Under the pieces are notes generated by a model. That model saw only the letters and a program-made list of their open reading frames with translations, did no database searches and had not been told where the DNA came from. From the IMG/VR virus record IMGVR_UViG_3300021093_000004: 64,000 bases of DNA. One strand, written 5' to 3'. The stretch's first letter is position 1, and each line of letters starts with the position of its first letter. Position numbers and translations under genes: made by a program. Positions 58,389 to 64,000 of this stretch are shown in pieces. This stretch comes from a virus (taxonomy: Duplodnaviria; Caudoviricetes).

Positions 58389-60908
58389 CTACGTCACTTC
58401 AAGTTGCCCATATGTAAATTCATTGAACAGCGTAATTTGGGTGCGGACATCGAACCGTCTGATCGTAGCACCGGGCCAAAGTCTGGCACCCATCTTTCCA
58501 AATGGACGATATTGATTAAACTCGATTGGATAGTACGGAGTCTCAATTGATACCGGAGTAGGAAGAGTCGCACTCAATGTTGTGCTCGGTGGAATTAACA
58601 ATTGGTTCCACCAGATCCAGACTTGATTATCACGTAACATGATCTCAAGTCTATTCCAGTATTCGTCGAGCGTGCCACCGATTTGAGCACCGCCGTCATA
58701 AACTACAAATCCGTCTGGTGATGCATCGGGTTGAATACCGACACCAGAGAATGTACCAGCTTGTGAGTAAATCGCACTTACGGCATAGCCCGGTGCCAAA
58801 CCGCGAACATAATCATCAACATCGTCACCGATGTCTTCTTCATATGGCCGGGACATATCCAACGTTCCGACCTTGAACTGTACTTCGACTAGCTCAGTTG
58901 CCGGATTGAACGAGAATTCGACTCGTACCACCGGGGTTGTGTACTCTTGATGCAGTAATTCAACAATGTCCCCAACATCACCAGGATATGCAATGTTGGA
59001 AGCAGAACCGCCAGCAAGAACAACTGTATCACAAGGAGCACCATAATCTGGACTGAAGCCACCAGTGGGTTCCGTGGGTTCCGTTGGAGATGTGCCCCCC
59101 GCTCCCGTGCTTTCCGCAAGAATCGAGGGGAAAGCGAGCTTTCGGTTGTAATTGTAGATCGCATTTTGATTTGAGACTGGAGAGAGAGTACGGATTGTTC
59201 CAAACGGCGGCAAATCGTGAAAATGAACGCCACATACTCTTATGTAGTGTGTACCATCGCTCAATCGGCCCTTACCAACAATACGCATATATTTTGAAGT
59301 GTACTCATCGACTGGAGACCGCAAGATAATATCGTAAGGAACGAAATTAGAACTTGAAGGTCGTCCGATATCGCATCGGATCAATGCGTTGCACAGATTG
59401 TGGCGATTCCACAACCATACTGGTCGCTCACTGTAGTCTGACGGCACTTCTGTAGCTGCGACGACCTTCAACCCCGGCATTGATGTATCGATTATTGCTC
59501 GATGCTGTAGGCTGATATCAGCATCTTCCGTTCCCGCAGTAGACGCGATATCGAAACTGACCAGTGGGTCGTCGAATCCGGTCAAACCCCAATGTGACCG
59601 CTCGAATTGTCGAATTGCCGACACTTGCACCGCAGCATCTTTATCCTCGCTGCCAGCACCGGGCATGATTTCTTCGCGAGCAATATCGACATCACCGAAT
59701 TGCAGATGCCCGACCCAAGTCCAAATGTGATTTGGATTTAGATTTGGCTTCTTTGAGAAATAATACCGACGAATCGGTTCTCCGGCAACTTCGCCAACCT
59801 TGAACCACCATAACTCCACCAGAGTTCCGATCGGCAGTAGATCGATGGTGCCGTCTAAAATCAATGATGATGGGTTTACCCCGGACGGTGGATTTTCCGG
59901 GTTGACGTATTGCCATAGATTACGTGCTGTGAAAGGTCCGCCGACCGCTCGTGCACCGTCCATATCCCATTCACGGACAGTATATTGGTTGGTAGCGAGA
60001 ATTGTACTGGTGTAATCGACGACAACTGCCATCTTCTTTGTGATGAGATGGCCTTTGTATAGTATTGTGCCGAGCAGATTTGGTTCGGACTCTGGTTCCA
60101 GTTCGAAACGGGTTTGGTTGCCGTCTTTATCCTTACCAGTGAACCACACGCATTCAACAATTCCGGTAGCTCCGGGAGTGAATGCCCACCCAATCTCTGT
60201 CTGCAACGTGTTGATCCGATCACGTTTGAGAATCAGCTCGTACTCTCCAGCACCCGGTACGATGGTATCATCATACCGTTTGAATATCATGGCCGGATGG
60301 TTGCCTTTGTTGTTTAACGTTGCGGCGACATTGTTCGGATCGGCAATCGTGGACTCTGGAAACAGGAATATTTTCATCTCTCCGTATGCATTGACGCCCG
60401 GCAGTTTGCCGCCGCATGTAGGAGGACGAATGCTTGCGATATCGGTTTCGTCTTGCACCCAGAAAATCTGTTGACATTCTTCGCAAGCACAATTCAGTGG
60501 AATTGGGCTGTCAACTGTGAAACGCACAACATTTCCGATGCGTTCGAGACTGATAAATTCGGTTCCGGCAGCAAGGATAATATCGCCTTGCATCCATCCA
60601 CCGTCGTCTGGGAATCCCGCTCCTTGGAATCCTAAGACACCAAGACGAGTTTGGAGTAATGCATCCAGTTTGCATTTGTCGTCGGCTGACATCAACCCCG
60701 GTGTGTCGCACGTGGCATTCGGTACCGGGTCTTCGGCGATGTGTGTGGGGCCGTGGAAGCTTGGAAATAGGACCTGTGATTCCTTGAAATATAATGCCCG
60801 CTGCTGCTCGTCGTATGAATATCCCGACGTGATTGCGTTTGGCCCTTCGACTTGTACGAATTGTCCATCTTTGAGGGCTGTGTGTGACGGGAGTTTTGTG
60901 ATTGCCAT
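58389..60908 (-). CDS. Large beta-rich virion structural protein
   Basis: PNATCDTPGLMSADDKCKLD fibre-type motif; upstream ATGCAAATTTA. Confidence 0.6.
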   Translation of the reverse strand: MAITKLPSHTALKDGQFVQVEGPNAITSGYSYDEQQRALYFKESQVLFPSFHGPTHIAEDPVPNATCDTPGLMSADDKCKLDALLQTRLGVLGFQGAGFPDDGGWMQGDIILAAGTEFISLERIGNVVRFTVDSPIPLNCACEECQQIFWVQDETDIASIRPPTCGGKLPGVNAYGEMKIFLFPESTIADPNNVAATLNNKGNHPAMIFKRYDDTIVPGAGEYELILKRDRINTLQTEIGWAFTPGATGIVECVWFTGKDKDGNQTRFELEPESEPNLLGTILYKGHLITKKMAVVVDYTSTILATNQYTVREWDMDGARAVGGPFTARNLWQYVNPENPPSGVNPSSLILDGTIDLLPIGTLVELWWFKVGEVAGEPIRRYYFSKKPNLNPNHIWTWVGHLQFGDVDIAREEIMPGAGSEDKDAAVQVSAIRQFERSHWGLTGFDDPLVSFDIASTAGTEDADISLQHRAIIDTSMPGLKVVAATEVPSDYSERPVWLWNRHNLCNALIRCDIGRPSSSNFVPYDIILRSPVDEYTSKYMRIVGKGRLSDGTHYIRVCGVHFHDLPPFGTIRTLSPVSNQNAIYNYNRKLAFPSILAESTGAGGTSPTEPTEPTGGFSPDYGAPCDTVVLAGGSASNIAYPGDVGDIVELLHQEYTTPVVRVEFSFNPATELVEVQFKVGTLDMSRPYEEDIGDDVDDYVRGLAPGYAVSAIYSQAGTFSGVGIQPDASPDGFVVYDGGAQIGGTLDEYWNRLEIMLRDNQVWIWWNQLLIPPSTTLSATLPTPVSIETPYYPIEFNQYRPFGKMGARLWPGATIRRFDVRTQITLFNEFTYGQLEVT

Positions 60909-60987
60909 GTGTAAAATCCTTTGTTTGCATTAATTACATTATTAAATTTGCATTCATGGTGCAACGCAAAGCTAGGAAAACAACGGC

Positions 60988-61671
60988 GTGCAACAAATGG
61001 ATACACAACTTAACGAAATAGTGAAATTATATCATAGCGGATTATCATATGCCGCTATTGGACGCAGGCTACGTCGATCCAGGTCAACGATAAAGCGTCA
61101 TCTTAACAAACAAGGAATAACCGAACCCAACCCAACGCGGAATTATATTTTAAAGCTTGGGGATATACTTGATATTACCACTGAAGTCGGGCAATATTGG
61201 TTCGGATATATGTGGCTAGGTGGTCATATCGCTCGCGATCGATTTCGTTTGTCTTGCAAAGTCCGATTACAAGATATCGGTCATCTTTTTTCTTTTTGTG
61301 CTGATGTTGGTACTACTCAGATCCCTCGTAAACATGTCGGTTCGGCCAGATCTTCGGCCATTTTACAATTAAATTCCAAAATATTATGTGAATTCTACCA
61401 ACAGCAGCATACTCATACACGACATTCGATTCGTGGAGCATGGGACGCTCGCGGACGATTGTTTATTCGACATGGGGCATTGAGAATGGGGTTTACTAAT
61501 CCTCCGGAATTTGTGGACGAATGGTGCACTGCCAATGGATTCATGTTGCATAATGATGTCTTGTCACCAATTCAATCGATGGACTTAGCACGATTGTTGT
61601 ACACCAACCAAAGTCGGGCATTACAACGTCATACCAATATAGTGATGACTAATTACCAGATAAAGAAATAG
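60988..61671 (+). CDS. HTH plus LAGLIDADG-like protein, possibly degenerate
   Basis: GLSYAAIGRRLRRSRSTIKRHL HTH; YWFGYMWLGGHI; IRGAWDARG. Confidence 0.55.
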   Translation: MQQMDTQLNEIVKLYHSGLSYAAIGRRLRRSRSTIKRHLNKQGITEPNPTRNYILKLGDILDITTEVGQYWFGYMWLGGHIARDRFRLSCKVRLQDIGHLFSFCADVGTTQIPRKHVGSARSSAILQLNSKILCEFYQQQHTHTRHSIRGAWDARGRLFIRHGALRMGFTNPPEFVDEWCTANGFMLHNDVLSPIQSMDLARLLYTNQSRALQRHTNIVMTNYQIKK

Positions 61672-63218
61672 TTCGGATCTCGGTTCATGGGGTGTGTGAC
61701 CACTTTGATCATCGACTTTGGTTTATACATTTTCTGATATTCTAGCTTCTTTTCTCGTGGCACATAGACCATAATATTCTTTGCTCTGTCTGCGAATGAC
61801 AGAGCATATTCGATATCTGTTTCTGACAAGTCATTGTCATTGATCACCAAATCGACAACTTCAGAACCATCGTAATATTGATATTTAAGATCCATCAAAT
61901 CTGCGAATCCACGCTCGATGGCCTGTCGGAAACGCGGGTTGTCATGAATGCGGTAGTCACATCCAGCAAGACCGCATGCAACCGCTCTTGCCCCGGTCCC
62001 TAGTTGTAAATCGAGTACCGTCCCTGTAAAGCCCAAACGACGGAGAATTATAGAATAGAATGCCGGGTTTGGGAATCTAAATCGCGATCGCTCTTTCGTG
62101 ATCAATCTAATCAGATTGTAGACATTGAATTTCGATTTGGTTTTAAGCAATTGCTTTGCGAGTTTCCACATTCGCCTTGGGCGTCTGAAATATTCCCAGA
62201 TATAGCCATGTTCAAAGTAATGAAGCATAATATACTTGGTCACTGTCCGACTGAATATGGATGTGAATGCTCCATTCTTAATATAATTGCTTTCTTTCAC
62301 ATTCTTGAGAACATCTAGCTCACGCAATAGCACTTCTTGTGGGACGGATGGCCAAATCCATCCTCTAGTAGCCAATTGCTTTACGAATTCATGTAGTACC
62401 ACATCTCTTTCGAATACCGAACATTGATCTAAATTCGCGATAGTGATGTGGGCAGGATATGTTGTACCGGTTGTCAGATCGTTCTCATATTCGTTCGTAA
62501 TCTTTGGTATAGAATTTAATACCCATTCATCGCCGGGTATGGTTTTGTAAATGTATCTGCCATACAAGCCATCGCGGTACTTGACATATAGATGGGTTGG
62601 GTATGTCTTGACACGACGAACTATCGGATGCTCACGGAGTTTGACGATTAAATGCTTCAGTTCAATTGGTACCTGATACGGTTCTTGATGAACCCTAATT
62701 TGTATTTTGAATTTAATTAGCCAATCGACAAATGTGGGGTGGGTTACTCCAGCTATCTTCGCACATTTTCGAATTGAATATCCGAGTTCGACGTAGTGTC
62801 TGTGGCACCACGCTTTCGTGTAACACGGATTTTTGTTGATCCGCCCTGGTAGTGGAACTTCGAGCTTTCGCAGAATCTCGTAAAATCGCTTTTTGGTTAA
62901 TCCTGTGGCTCTGATAATCGAATTTGAGCCATATTTGGGCAAATGCTCAATCAACCATTCGCGTGTTCGCCAATTATCAGGCAATTCTGCGATATCGACT
63001 GTTCTGGTGGTTGCTCTGTTCTTGGTCTTAGGGGCTTTTCCTTGGATGCCGACTGATCGACGCAGTGCCCGGACATCGCGTGAACATTTACCGATAATTA
63101 TTGACAAATCTTGGATATTTAGATATGCATACTCTTCGAACCATTTTCGAAGAGCTTTTGGATTTGATTGATCGATCTTTTGAAATCCCGCCCGTAGGTC
63201 GGAATAATCATCATTCAT
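61653..63218 (-). CDS. Multi-HTH protein with C-terminal methyltransferase-like domain
   Basis: YSIRKCAKIAGV HTH; TVLDLQLGTGARAVA; DLVINDN where a catalytic PPY motif would be expected. Confidence 0.5.
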   Translation of the reverse strand: MNDDYSDLRAGFQKIDQSNPKALRKWFEEYAYLNIQDLSIIIGKCSRDVRALRRSVGIQGKAPKTKNRATTRTVDIAELPDNWRTREWLIEHLPKYGSNSIIRATGLTKKRFYEILRKLEVPLPGRINKNPCYTKAWCHRHYVELGYSIRKCAKIAGVTHPTFVDWLIKFKIQIRVHQEPYQVPIELKHLIVKLREHPIVRRVKTYPTHLYVKYRDGLYGRYIYKTIPGDEWVLNSIPKITNEYENDLTTGTTYPAHITIANLDQCSVFERDVVLHEFVKQLATRGWIWPSVPQEVLLRELDVLKNVKESNYIKNGAFTSIFSRTVTKYIMLHYFEHGYIWEYFRRPRRMWKLAKQLLKTKSKFNVYNLIRLITKERSRFRFPNPAFYSIILRRLGFTGTVLDLQLGTGARAVACGLAGCDYRIHDNPRFRQAIERGFADLMDLKYQYYDGSEVVDLVINDNDLSETDIEYALSFADRAKNIMVYVPREKKLEYQKMYKPKSMIKVVTHPMNRDPNYFFIW

Positions 63219-63633
63219 AGTTATCGTCGATCCAGTCTGGACGATCAGTCTCGGCAATCACGACATCCTCTGGTGTGAATTGGACATCGGGAATCCTCGA
63301 CCAGTTATATCCACCACCACTTTCATAGACGTGGTATGGAATATCTACTACATATGCCTCTTGATCATTGTAGGCTACCAAATATGCGTGGTCATCACCG
63401 TCATGACCACCTTCTGTATAGTCGATTCCATTCGATGATAAAACATCGCCGATTGCATTCGCAATCGCATCACAGATCCCACCGCTACCGAATTCATCGT
63501 CACCATCGTCGCCCGGTGTCCATTCATCGTATACCGCTTGAGCCGCTTTTGCAAATTGAGGACGCAATTGGGCTAGGACAGGTAATAATCGAGTTGATAG
63601 TTGTCCGCTTTCGACGATTTGCCGAAGTTTCAT
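63211..63633 (-). CDS. Hypothetical acidic protein with MKLRQIVE N-terminus
   Basis: GGICDAIA, HAYLV, YESGGGY. Confidence 0.6.
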   Translation of the reverse strand: MKLRQIVESGQLSTRLLPVLAQLRPQFAKAAQAVYDEWTPGDDGDDEFGSGGICDAIANAIGDVLSSNGIDYTEGGHDGDDHAYLVAYNDQEAYVVDIPYHVYESGGGYNWSRIPDVQFTPEDVVIAETDRPDWIDDNYE

Positions 63634-63757
63634 AGATGTCTACCAGTTTGAATGTACAATATTAAAAGCTGGCTCTATAACATATTTCCCACGGATAGGT
63701 GAATAATAGATTATCGATTCTTCAAGATTCACGTCATTATTTGGATCTAAAAGTTCT

Positions 63758-64000
63758 TCACGATTCTTTTCACGTTCCTGATCCATTTTGGCTTGTGCAA
63801 GCCGTGGGTCTGGTTGTGGTTCCGGCTGGGCCTGTTGTGGTTCTTGCTGCTGCTGCTGTAATCCCGGTTCTGACTGCTGCTGTAATCCCGGTTCTGACTG
63901 CTGCTGTAATCCCGGTTCTGACTGCTGCTGTAATCCCGGTTCTGGCTGCTGCTGTAATCCCGGTTCTGGCTGCTGCTGTAATTCCGGTTCCGGCTCTGGT
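63758..64000 (-). CDS. 3' end of a Pro/Gln-rich repeat protein, cut by the window edge
   Basis: 24-bp repeats encoding PEPGLQQQ; stop TGA at 63758-63760. Confidence 0.6.

Overview
This is a 64-kb segment of a large T4-like tailed dsDNA phage genome. It opens with the head module (gp21-like prohead protease, scaffold/core-like protein, gp23-like major capsid protein). It continues through a cluster of partly degenerate tRNAs (one with an amber CUA anticodon), two glycosylation/sugar-modification clusters, a tail-fibre-like block and a membrane/lipoprotein/papain-protease cassette. It also carries a MoxR-type AAA + vWA pair, a trypsin-like protease, collagen-containing structural proteins and nucleotide or repair genes (purB, rarA, tmk, dut). 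Several secreted and glycosyltransferase genes resemble Planctomycetota proteins as I recall them, suggesting that host phylum (inference). The most notable patterns are: (i) unrelated enzymes sharing an N-terminal M[KR]LxxIxE peptide resembling a T4 capsid-targeting/gp21-cleavage signal; (ii) a candidate late promoter RYGCAAAWWTA; (iii) a ~170-nt structured RNA-like element between the AAA and vWA genes; (iv) a stand-alone PilC/GspF N-terminus-like protein; (v) an amber tRNA although core genes use TAG as a stop. No CRISPR array, reverse transcriptase, integrase or rRNA was seen. All family calls come from motif recognition by eye, not database searches.
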